From positions 1-41,222 of the forward strand of contig JAEUSJ010000009.1 in the NCBI GenBank assembly GCA_016788215.1: a stretch of 41,222 nucleotides of DNA, in the 5' to 3' direction. Under the pieces are notes generated by a model, which saw only the letters and a program-made list of their open reading frames with translations, was not told where the DNA came from and made no database searches. Made by a program: the position numbers and the translations under genes. The DNA comes from a bacterium (GTDB lineage: Bacteria; CLD3; SB21). Below, one piece after another: positions 7,413 through 16,363 of this stretch. The first letter of the stretch is position 1; the number at the start of each line of letters is the position of its first letter.

Positions 7413-10046
7413 TTATTGAGATAATCCTAAGCCCGAATGTTTATTTTCCCACTGGCCGATGAATCGAACGGCATCGAAGGCAATAGTGCCCCTCGTTTGG
7501 CCGGTTACATTATCCAGCGCAATGTAAACGTTGTCGCTTGCATCAAATTCGTACGTACCAAGCGTTACCCATTCATCGGTAAATTTATTTTGATTGACCT
7601 TAACTTCCTGGACGCCCGCTTTTGAATAAATACGATATTTGGCCATACCGGTGGCGAATTTTTTTGGATTGTGAACCTGCACTTTATAAACGCCGGATCT
7701 GGGAAGTTTTGGTTTCCATGTTGCCTCCGTTGTCTTGGTGTTTTTCATAACGCCAACGTAACGATAACTGTGGTAATATCCGCGATAGTCCTTGTACGTA
7801 TTTGGAATGTCTCCTTCATCGACTACAACGATATGCTCAGGCTGATATACATTATCCGATCTAAAAGCATATCCGTCACGAATACTCTGGACGACCGTCG
7901 AATCGTTTACGAAAATCGGTTCCGGCGGCGTGCACTGATCGTCAATTCGTAATTCCCAGTGAATATGCGGCGCGCTGGATCGTCCGGTAGTTCCGCATCC
8001 CCCGATCTCCTGGCCTTGCTTTACCTTTTCTCCGATATCAACCGATATGGTGGCCAGATGTGATACTAATGTAGTATATTTATGCCCGCCGTACATATAA
8101 TCAATTTTCACCATACGCCCGTATCCACGTACATATCCCGCAAACGTAACAATTCCATCTGTAGATGCGCGAACCGGAATGCCGTAATCGCTGTCGCCGC
8201 CGTCTTGTCCTTCCTGATAATTCAAATCCAGCGCGTAACGAATTCCGCGAATATGGTGTCCTCGGTTGTAATAACTTCCGCCCCCCCCGGCCGACCATAA
8301 ACCGTCGAATGGAAATTTGTATTTCGGGAAATCGTCAACAATAACTTTAATAACCATCGGATCCGACCATTTTCCACGGTCGTCCATTGCTTTGAAAAAG
8401 ATGTAGTGCGTCCCTGCGACCAGTTGTTTCGGCGTAGTTGTGAATGCCGCTTGGTTGCTTAATTCCCCATTGATGCTCGAGGACCAACTGTAACGCGTTG
8501 CCGTCCGTCCGTTCGACGCATTCACTTTTCCAACCAGCCGAATCGTCTTATATTTACGGATGCGGATTTCACCTGCAAAAGCTTCCTCCTTTATTAGGTC
8601 CCATGTTTGATGTTTGGAACCGTAGCGCACGCGTTTACTGAGAACTACGGCGCTGGAATAAGCCGAATCAATGCCAACGGCAAAATCCAAAGAGGTGTCG
8701 ACTTTATATTTTTTGATATCGGTAATTTTGCTGAAATTTAATGCTAGTAACGAGTCCGCCCTGTTTTCCCATTTGCTCGCATACGTCGTATCGTGATCTA
8801 ATCCGAAATCCTCTTCTTCCATAAAAGTATATAAATTACCTAATGGGGATACAGATTCCGACACAGAGGGTCTATGAAAAACGTTCTTAAAATTGATCTC
8901 CGCAATATTCCATGTGATTCCGCCGTTGTCTGATTTTTTTATTTCACCGTCCGAATTGCTGCACACCGTTTTTTGCGCGCCAACGGCATGATAATCAAAA
9001 GTGAGATTATCGATTTCAGAAATTTTTGTCCAGCTGCGCCCTTTATCCTGCGATCGGATCAGATTTGAATTAAACGGCAGCCCCTCACCATATCCATCGT
9101 AATATAACTTATCGACCGCCGTTATACCCGATTCACTTATTGAAATATCATCAAGAACGGTTTCACTGATCTTGCTTTCTTTCTCATAATCGATTTTACT
9201 TGACGTAAACGATACAAAACCATTGTTGGAGTAAATGACATCGGAGTGCGCCGTTTCAGGAGCTTCAGGATCATACGTTTTAACCAGAACATAGATTTCG
9301 TTTTGGAAGGCATGTAGGGCCATGCCTTCAATGATTTGACCGGTGTCAGGTTTGAACTCATTCGCAATGATCCATATCTGCCCTCCGTCATTGCTCCGCA
9401 ATATTGAACATACCGATGGATTTGATTTAAGGTTGGCAACAATATAACTGCTCTCTTGCGTAAACAATATGTCATGAAATTTCCCGGCGTAACCGATATC
9501 GTATTCAAACCAATTTGCCCCGCCGTCCGCAGATCGAAATATTTTATCTTCACCAAATATTTCTTCTGCTATCAACCACCCGTTTCTTACATCCGTAAAA
9601 ATTATTTTTTTAATCAATATTTCCGGATGGATAAAACTCATTGCTTTCCATGTGTTCCCGTCTTCCGTAGCAAGAATATAATCCTTATCGTTAAAATCTT
9701 GCCGGATAGCGATCCAGCAGTGCTGATTATCCAGCGCATAAACGGCTCTCACTTCCGGAGCTTCGTCCCCGGATTGAATCACCGTTTGTAACTCCCAGGT
9801 CGTTCCGCCGTCATACGTCTTGGCGATCATAGATTTATACACATTCTTACGCTGAGCATTTCTTGTAGAATCTTTGTAAACCATACCGCCCGTCTTGACG
9901 TCGCCAACAGCCCAACCGATCAGAGAATCAGCGAAGCTAAAATGAATGGTTTTCATGCTGTGTTTTGGGTTTTCCTGTGCGGCCAACTGCATGAGCATAG
10001 ATGTAACCAAAAGACCACTTAACACAATGCTATTAAATAAACTCAA
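7413..10046 (-). CDS. secreted multidomain M23 (LytM-type) metallopeptidase with N-terminal BNR/Ycf48-like beta-propeller
   Basis: 877 aa with a signal peptide. Five SxDxGxxW-type repeats: YDGGTTW, SADGGANW, SNDGGQIW, SQDKGRSW, SDNGGITW. M23 motif GTTGRSSAPHIHWEL. The C-terminal part (GVYKVQV...KYRIY...WVTLGTYEF...AFDAVRFI) resembles a golvesin-C-like domain. Confidence 0.85.
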   Translation of the reverse strand: MSLFNSIVLSGLLVTSMLMQLAAQENPKHSMKTIHFSFADSLIGWAVGDVKTGGMVYKDSTRNAQRKNVYKSMIAKTYDGGTTWELQTVIQSGDEAPEVRAVYALDNQHCWIAIRQDFNDKDYILATEDGNTWKAMSFIHPEILIKKIIFTDVRNGWLIAEEIFGEDKIFRSADGGANWFEYDIGYAGKFHDILFTQESSYIVANLKSNPSVCSILRSNDGGQIWIIANEFKPDTGQIIEGMALHAFQNEIYVLVKTYDPEAPETAHSDVIYSNNGFVSFTSSKIDYEKESKISETVLDDISISESGITAVDKLYYDGYGEGLPFNSNLIRSQDKGRSWTKISEIDNLTFDYHAVGAQKTVCSNSDGEIKKSDNGGITWNIAEINFKNVFHRPSVSESVSPLGNLYTFMEEEDFGLDHDTTYASKWENRADSLLALNFSKITDIKKYKVDTSLDFAVGIDSAYSSAVVLSKRVRYGSKHQTWDLIKEEAFAGEIRIRKYKTIRLVGKVNASNGRTATRYSWSSSINGELSNQAAFTTTPKQLVAGTHYIFFKAMDDRGKWSDPMVIKVIVDDFPKYKFPFDGLWSAGGGGSYYNRGHHIRGIRYALDLNYQEGQDGGDSDYGIPVRASTDGIVTFAGYVRGYGRMVKIDYMYGGHKYTTLVSHLATISVDIGEKVKQGQEIGGCGTTGRSSAPHIHWELRIDDQCTPPEPIFVNDSTVVQSIRDGYAFRSDNVYQPEHIVVVDEGDIPNTYKDYRGYYHSYRYVGVMKNTKTTEATWKPKLPRSGVYKVQVHNPKKFATGMAKYRIYSKAGVQEVKVNQNKFTDEWVTLGTYEFDASDNVYIALDNVTGQTRGTIAFDAVRFIGQWENKHSGLGLSQ
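8281..8288. repeat. homopolymeric C8 (G8 on the coding strand) inside the M23 peptidase CDS
   Basis: Direct read: ...ttccg cccccccc ggccg..., encoding the GGGG of WSAGGGGSYY. It is the only G/C run of this length that I found in the window. Confidence 0.9.
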
Positions 10047-10061
10047 TTCACCCTCACCTGT

Positions 10062-12338
10062 TTAATTCGACCGTTGTGCCAACCAATTTAGCAGCGCGGT
10101 CTTTTGCGATATTAATTCCCGATCCATTGAGCAACCGCTCCACTTGTTTGCTTCCTTCAAGTTCATCTGCGCCTTTTCGTATTTCGCCAAACGTACATAA
10201 GAATCTGCGATCATTACTGACCGTGCAAAGGCGACGGCCGTGTCCGTAACAGTGGTACTTGGATTTTCAATTAAGGATACGACGTCTGCAAAAGCAGAGC
10301 GTTGGAAACATAACCTCGCCAGCCAGAATTGGCCGGACCAGAAATCTGGATTTTTCTCAAGCATCGTTCTTAGCACCATTTCCTGCTTATTTGAGTTTAA
10401 CGTCCCGGCAAGTTCTTTCAATGGATCGTTCAGTCCGTGACTTAAAAAGTCCATTCGAAGAATTGCCGACAGATACACATAAGGAATATTTTTATAGTTT
10501 TGTTTCACCTGTTGATACGCAATCATTGCGGAATCGAAATTATCCATATGTAATAAGATGTCGCCTCTCAATAATCGCAGCATCGCCTTGGCGGGATAGT
10601 TAATACTTTCATCTGCAAGTAACGAATCAAGAGAGTGCAATGCGGAATGAAGTTGTCCGGCATAAAAATTACTTCTAATATGGGCAATTTGAATTCTGTA
10701 ATTTTCCTTATCCGTATCAAGCGCCTTTTGATACAAAGCCGCAGCGGCTGAAAAATGCTCATTCGAATTTGCTGCGCCGGCTTCTTCAAGAATATCGGCA
10801 ACATAGTGCGGGCATTTTTTTTGGAATAAAGAAGGCCTAATTAATAACCCGGCGAGTTGGATATCGTCATCGCGAATGGCCATACCGTCCAGAAATCGCA
10901 GCCAGCGGCCGGCTAGTTCAATTTTCGGCATACCGTATACGATTTCCACGTCCTCATCATAATAGGCTTTTTTGAACTTCGTAACGCCAAACGAGTCGAT
11001 TAAGAAACGGGTAAATGATCCTGACACAATGTAACTCATGCCTGAAGCGTTTTTTAAAAATCCGCTGCCGCCGATGAGAGAAAGAACGTCCGGCAATTTA
11101 TTTTGTTGTTTCAATGCCGCAGCCCATTCATGCGGCGTAAAATAATTCTCGTTCCACTCTGCCGCTACCGCCAATCCTTCCAGAAATCCTATTCGTGTTG
11201 TACTGTATACGTCATGGCCGAAGTCATTTGCAAGTACATGCGTCAACTCGTGTTTTAAAACGCCGTCGATATCTTCATAGTTAATATGGATCTCGTCATT
11301 GATGATCTTTGCAAAATTGGTTACTCCGGCGCCCATTAACTTCTTCTTTTGATATTCGTCTATGTATACGTAAATAGTCACCCTACGGCTCGTCTTGAGA
11401 TCCAAAAAATGACTGATCTGCTGATAATAAAACTCAGACAAAGCCTGTACCCACTTCATTTCCTGTTTATCTATATTATTATCGAAAAATATGGATATTT
11501 GATCCGACTTTAGTTCAGCCCCCAATTCCGATTTAAGTTCATCGTACCCTGCGTCAAAACCAATTTTAAATCGCATGCCGTAAATGCTGAATAACAACAA
11601 TAGAATCGCCGTTAACGCCATTACATGGTTTCGCGATAAAGTTTGTCTTCGTTTCCATATCAAAGAGGAGACAATGAACAAAACCGCAAAACATAAACTC
11701 CACAAACGGTGAATCCACAAAGTGAAAGTGACAGGAATCCATTCATCATACAGAGGCCCCGGAAAATAACCCCAAAAAATACTATAAACATAGATCGGCA
11801 CATGCCATTGTAACCAAAAAATATTCAGCACGGCGGAAAGAATGATAGCACACATGGCCGCTATCCAAACGGCTTTTCCGAACAATACGGCGAAAAGATG
11901 CCCGACGCTCCACCCGACCAACGAGGCGCTTACAGGTAATAACAAAAACAACTGCAACCCTCTTGTCAAAGAACACGTTTCACAAAAAAACAAAAAAAAC
12001 AATACGATGATAAGCGGCGTTAGAAGGCTCAGAAAAATTATGCACAGTGTGTATTTAAAAATATAGAGATTACTCTTTCGTATTTCAATAACAATCTCTT
12101 TCATTCTGCCTGCAATTCCTGACATAGGAACGCGTTCGACTGCGATTGAAATTCCCATAGTTGTCAGAAAAAAAATCACCCCAAGCGTCTCATTAAATTC
12201 GTAGTCAAAGTCACGAAACAACGGAATAAACATCAATCCGACGGTAACCAGTGCAGGAAGCGCGCTTAGAACTAACAACACCTTGGATTTACTCAATAGG
12301 ACCAGGCTATTTAGAAGTATCGGTCTCATTGATTTCAT
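10062..12338 (-). CDS. polytopic membrane protein with HExxH (Peptidase_MA-like) domain and C-terminal TPR repeats
   Basis: 758 aa. About 250 N-terminal residues are strongly hydrophobic (multiple TM helices). Then LKHELTHVLAN...GFLEGLAVAAEW (gluzincin-like HExxH...E), then repeated A/Y/L helical-pair pattern typical of TPR. Confidence 0.7.
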   Translation of the reverse strand: MKSMRPILLNSLVLLSKSKVLLVLSALPALVTVGLMFIPLFRDFDYEFNETLGVIFFLTTMGISIAVERVPMSGIAGRMKEIVIEIRKSNLYIFKYTLCIIFLSLLTPLIIVLFFLFFCETCSLTRGLQLFLLLPVSASLVGWSVGHLFAVLFGKAVWIAAMCAIILSAVLNIFWLQWHVPIYVYSIFWGYFPGPLYDEWIPVTFTLWIHRLWSLCFAVLFIVSSLIWKRRQTLSRNHVMALTAILLLLFSIYGMRFKIGFDAGYDELKSELGAELKSDQISIFFDNNIDKQEMKWVQALSEFYYQQISHFLDLKTSRRVTIYVYIDEYQKKKLMGAGVTNFAKIINDEIHINYEDIDGVLKHELTHVLANDFGHDVYSTTRIGFLEGLAVAAEWNENYFTPHEWAAALKQQNKLPDVLSLIGGSGFLKNASGMSYIVSGSFTRFLIDSFGVTKFKKAYYDEDVEIVYGMPKIELAGRWLRFLDGMAIRDDDIQLAGLLIRPSLFQKKCPHYVADILEEAGAANSNEHFSAAAALYQKALDTDKENYRIQIAHIRSNFYAGQLHSALHSLDSLLADESINYPAKAMLRLLRGDILLHMDNFDSAMIAYQQVKQNYKNIPYVYLSAILRMDFLSHGLNDPLKELAGTLNSNKQEMVLRTMLEKNPDFWSGQFWLARLCFQRSAFADVVSLIENPSTTVTDTAVAFARSVMIADSYVRLAKYEKAQMNLKEANKWSGCSMDRELISQKTALLNWLAQRSN

Positions 12339-13188
12339 GCAGTCTCATGGTTTCAATAAAATTTATTATATTAAACAAACGTTTATCGGGTAGTTTGGAC
12401 GGCGCGTAAACTATAACAAAGCTGCTTTGAATACCTCTTTTTACAGATAGCCGGTACTCCACCGGATATTTGGTTTCAAATTTTGTCATCGTTTCAAGAT
12501 TCCATATATGATTATTTTCCATAACCTGCCATAATTCTATGTATTGGTCTTCCGTTAATCGAAAAGGCCGCCTATTATAGAAGGCTGTGATGGCATTGCC
12601 GGATTTGATAATCCGTATCTGTGCTGAATCCATTGTGTTGGTAAGACGATCGTATTTTTTGAGGCTAATTTCTGAATTAATTTCCATGACGGGAATAGAC
12701 GGAAAATGCAAATCAAACTGAGTAAGGCAAAACATTGCCAATTCCTGCATATACTCATGCTCGGATACGCCCATAACAGAAAAAGAATGTTCTCGCAGAC
12801 TGTCTTTCACTGTAAACTGATAGGCATTGCCGTCGGTTCGCCGGCCGATCGAATTTTCCTGTTCCCATATTTTTGTCTTCTTGATCAGCGAGGCAAATTC
12901 TGCGAACGCTTTCTTTTCTATATGAACCGTATCTAACATCTGTCTGCGCACAACCCCGTTTTCACGATAGTCCGTAATGGACGAGTTTTCTTGAATCCGT
13001 TGAATATAAATCAGGCCGCTTTGTTCGGAATACGGGTCACGACAAATGTTTAGGGATACTTTGAAGGGTTTCGCAGGATTATTGATGATGAGATTGAGAT
13101 GAAACGACGGGTCACGGATGGTTTCATCCTGGCCGCATGAATTGATAAGCAGTAAACTACATGAATAAATTATGAAAAACTTTTTCAA
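12307..13188 (-). CDS. hypothetical lipoprotein (internally duplicated)
   Basis: 293 aa. MKKFFIIYSCSLLLINSCGQ signal plus lipobox. The two halves share an I..W..E....Y...V....SF.V pattern. The 3' end overlaps the next gene by 32 nt. Confidence 0.6.
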   Translation of the reverse strand: MKKFFIIYSCSLLLINSCGQDETIRDPSFHLNLIINNPAKPFKVSLNICRDPYSEQSGLIYIQRIQENSSITDYRENGVVRRQMLDTVHIEKKAFAEFASLIKKTKIWEQENSIGRRTDGNAYQFTVKDSLREHSFSVMGVSEHEYMQELAMFCLTQFDLHFPSIPVMEINSEISLKKYDRLTNTMDSAQIRIIKSGNAITAFYNRRPFRLTEDQYIELWQVMENNHIWNLETMTKFETKYPVEYRLSVKRGIQSSFVIVYAPSKLPDKRLFNIINFIETMRLHEINETDTSK

Positions 13189-13524
13189 TCAACGCTGCTC
13201 CAAAACATCGTTAACCCAGCTTAGCGCCGCCATCATGGAAGGAAATCCTATGGTGGTCAAAGATAGAATGACCGCTTGTCGTATTTCTACAGCTGACGCG
13301 CCGGCCTCCAAAGACTTACGTGTGTGGGAATGAACGGCTCCTTCGTGTTTAAGGCCGATGGAAATGCCCAATTTTATCAGTGCCCGTGTTTTGGGGTTCA
13401 AGGGGCCTACTTTTTTGGTCGCGTTAGAGAGATTCGTATAATGCTCAGCTACTTCAGGATAATTTTTCAAAAATTTGGTATAATGCGAAGGTAACTTAGC
13501 TGACTGCGTTTTTTTCTTTTTCAT
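13189..13524 (-). CDS. carboxymuconolactone decarboxylase (AhpD-like) family protein
   Basis: 111 aa. KTRALIKLGISIGLKHEGAVHSHTRKSLEAGAS..EIRQAV resembles the CMD/AhpD helical core. The stop abuts the next start. Confidence 0.7.
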   Translation of the reverse strand: MKKKKTQSAKLPSHYTKFLKNYPEVAEHYTNLSNATKKVGPLNPKTRALIKLGISIGLKHEGAVHSHTRKSLEAGASAVEIRQAVILSLTTIGFPSMMAALSWVNDVLEQR

Positions 13525-13532
13525 AAATCCTC

Positions 13533-15683
13533 CTATTCAAATTTGTAATCGATCTTTGTTGCCTGTTGCGCTTTGACTCGGACGGTAATTTCATAATACT
13601 TTCGAAATTTGGAATGCGCCAGCCTCACTTTATAAAATCCCGGCTTCACTTCTTTGAGCGCAGGCGTAACTTGTCCGTATTCTCTAACAGTATTCAAATA
13701 AATATCCGCACCGGGCGGGTCGGTCGTAAGTTCTAAAAACCCGTTAGGGTATGAAAACACAACAGCGCTCTCGGTGGTGTCGTCCTTTGCTACCTTTACA
13801 GTCTGAGTTTTCTTTTCATTTTTATAAACGGCTTTAATCTTGTGCGAACTTGCCAGTAAACCGTCAATCTGCAATGGCGTTTTCCCTTCGGCCTGTTCCT
13901 GCTCGTCCAAATACACATCGGCGCCTGAGGGGTTTGATTTGATAAGAAGGGACCCGTACGTCGGTTTCAATGAGTCGACGAGTTCGAGCGTTTCCTCAGC
14001 AGTGACAGTGATATTCTTAGCCCATTCTTCGTATCCGTCCGCGTGAATCAATATTTTCTTTTCACCAACTTCCAGGCTGTACTTATTTTCTTTGTAATTC
14101 CGGTTTAGCCTCTTCCCGTCTACGAGAATATACGCGTTTTCAGGATAGACTTTTTCGAGGGAAACAAATCCGCGCATTTTGTCGAGAGTAAAATCCGTGC
14201 GGGTCAATCTGCTTTTCCTTAGCGAAACGTCTCTGCGTTTAATAAGATGATCTTCTTTCGAAAAAATAAATGTATATTTCCCCGCAGGAAATATCAAACT
14301 GTCAATTGGCGTATAACCTAGAAATTTGCCGTAACTGGTTTCAACCTTAACCATTGCAGGAACTGAAACAATGGAAACGTAGGATGTATCCACTCCGCCG
14401 GGAATTTCAACCGGCATTAATTTCAAATGCGCATCTATGTTTTTGGTTTCGCCCTTTCCAAAAATAATTGCCGTCTCATACGGCTGGTAATTCTCGCGTG
14501 TCGCGTATACCCGGTGTTCTCCAACGCTGATACTGTCAATTTGCAAAAGGGGACCGGACATATTGTATTGCTGATCATCGATAAGTACCGCTGCATCAGG
14601 GACGTTTAGTTTCATCCTCAAAGAGGCCGGCTTCTCCTCGCTCAGCGCTTTGGCTAGTTTGGATTCTCCGTTAGATTGTGTAAAAATCATGGAGAGGCAC
14701 ACGACCGTGGCGATAACGGCCCAGAAAAAAGAAATCATTGAAAAGATGCGATTGCCGAACCAGTCGTAAAATTTTCCGAAAAGCGATTGTAAAATAATTT
14801 GTTCACCGGTGCGAAACAATAATTTGGTTCTGGAAAAGGCAACCGTACGATTTGCTTTGATATGCTTAAGGACTTCTTCCAATTCGCCAATATTTTGGAA
14901 CCGGTCGTCGGGGTTTTTGGCCAGGCTCTTCAATATCACATCGTTCAGGCCGTCTTGTAATCCTGGATTTACGATGGAAGGCGGTATCGGATTTTCGTTG
15001 ACAACCCGGTATAATATTTCTGTAAGATTCTTTCCGGGAAATGCCTTTTCGCCTGTGAGAAATTCGTAAAATACCGTCCCAAGAGAAAAAATATCGGATC
15101 GGTGATCCACAGGTTTTCCTGTTATCTGTTCCGGCGACATGTAGCCCGGAGTACCGAGGATCGTCCCCATGACGGTCGTAGTCGACGCCACGGCTTTTGC
15201 AATACCAAAATCAGTTATCTTCGGGTGTCCGTCCTGCGTGACTATGATGTTACCCGGTTTGATATCGCGGTGAATTATCCCGTGCTTATGCGCATAGCTC
15301 AATCCGTCACAGATTTGAATGATAATATCTAATTTTTGTGCAGGCGTGTATTCAATCGATTTCTGGATAATTTCTTCGAGCGTTTTACCATTCACAAATT
15401 CCATTGCAATATACGAAATTCCCTGATCCTCTTCCGCGTCGTATATGGCTACGATATTCGGATGCATGAGTTTTCCGGCCAATTTTGACTCGTAGATAAA
15501 ACGTTCCTGAAATTGCCTGGCCTGTTCTTCGCTGAGTCCGGAATGGATGTTCAATGCCTTAATCGCTATGGCGCGGTCGATTCTCGGATCAACGGCCTTG
15601 TACACAATCGCCATTGCGCCTTGCCCAAGTACATCCTCTATTTGATAACGTCCGAGGTTTGATAGTTTAGTATCTGTGGTCAT
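13533..15683 (-). CDS. Ser/Thr protein kinase with TM segment and extracytoplasmic PEGA-like repeats
   Basis: 716 aa. Hanks kinase motifs GQGAMAIVYKA, HRDIKPGNI, DFGIAK, GTPGYMSPE. TM helix FFWAVIATVVCLSMIF. Repeats such as SNPSGADVYLD...GKTP and TDPPGADIYLN...GQVTP. Confidence 0.9.
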   Translation of the reverse strand: MTTDTKLSNLGRYQIEDVLGQGAMAIVYKAVDPRIDRAIAIKALNIHSGLSEEQARQFQERFIYESKLAGKLMHPNIVAIYDAEEDQGISYIAMEFVNGKTLEEIIQKSIEYTPAQKLDIIIQICDGLSYAHKHGIIHRDIKPGNIIVTQDGHPKITDFGIAKAVASTTTVMGTILGTPGYMSPEQITGKPVDHRSDIFSLGTVFYEFLTGEKAFPGKNLTEILYRVVNENPIPPSIVNPGLQDGLNDVILKSLAKNPDDRFQNIGELEEVLKHIKANRTVAFSRTKLLFRTGEQIILQSLFGKFYDWFGNRIFSMISFFWAVIATVVCLSMIFTQSNGESKLAKALSEEKPASLRMKLNVPDAAVLIDDQQYNMSGPLLQIDSISVGEHRVYATRENYQPYETAIIFGKGETKNIDAHLKLMPVEIPGGVDTSYVSIVSVPAMVKVETSYGKFLGYTPIDSLIFPAGKYTFIFSKEDHLIKRRDVSLRKSRLTRTDFTLDKMRGFVSLEKVYPENAYILVDGKRLNRNYKENKYSLEVGEKKILIHADGYEEWAKNITVTAEETLELVDSLKPTYGSLLIKSNPSGADVYLDEQEQAEGKTPLQIDGLLASSHKIKAVYKNEKKTQTVKVAKDDTTESAVVFSYPNGFLELTTDPPGADIYLNTVREYGQVTPALKEVKPGFYKVRLAHSKFRKYYEITVRVKAQQATKIDYKFE

Positions 15684-15688
15684 GAAAA

Positions 15689-16357
15689 TTAATCCTGTAT
15701 CAATCGAATAATATAATCTACCTGTTCTTCCGGTGTCATATTTGAATTATCAATTACCATCGCATCGGCGGGTATGACAAGCGGGCTTTCATCGCGGCTT
15801 TCGTCAAAAGAATCACGGGCGTGAATTTCTTCCGCCATTTTGTTAAAAGGAACGATTACATTATTTGATTCCAGTTCCTTCTGACGCCTGCGCGCCCGGG
15901 TTTCAATATCTGCCGTCAAAAAAAATTTCTTATCTGCATCCGGGAAAATTACCGTGCCTGCATCGCGTCCGTCGATCACATATCCGCCCGGTTTTCCGAT
16001 AGCCTGTTGCTGTTTTACTAGAAATTGCCGCACCTCTCTGATGCTGGATATGGCACTGACGTGTTTTGTCACCTCTACACTGCGAATATCTTCGGAAACG
16101 TCTTTACCGTTTAAAATAGTTTTTTGGACACCTTCTGCGTACGTAAGATCAATTTGGATTTCTGGGAGCAAACAAACAACATCAGCGGGAATGGAAGGAT
16201 TAACTTTTCTCGAAAGAACCATTAAAGTTATGGCCCTGTACATGGCTCCGGTGTCAAGATATGCGTAACCTAGGCGCATTGCCAATTGTTTGGCCGTCGT
16301 GCTTTTACCGGAGCCCGCGGGCCCATCCAATGTGATAATAAGTTTTCGTGCAGACAT
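15689..16357 (-). CDS. cmk: cytidylate kinase
   Basis: 222 aa. ITLDGPAGSGKSTTAKQLA P-loop, YLDTGAMYRA. Confidence 0.93.
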   Translation of the reverse strand: MSARKLIITLDGPAGSGKSTTAKQLAMRLGYAYLDTGAMYRAITLMVLSRKVNPSIPADVVCLLPEIQIDLTYAEGVQKTILNGKDVSEDIRSVEVTKHVSAISSIREVRQFLVKQQQAIGKPGGYVIDGRDAGTVIFPDADKKFFLTADIETRARRRQKELESNNVIVPFNKMAEEIHARDSFDESRDESPLVIPADAMVIDNSNMTPEEQVDYIIRLIQD

Positions 16358-16363
16358 TTATTG

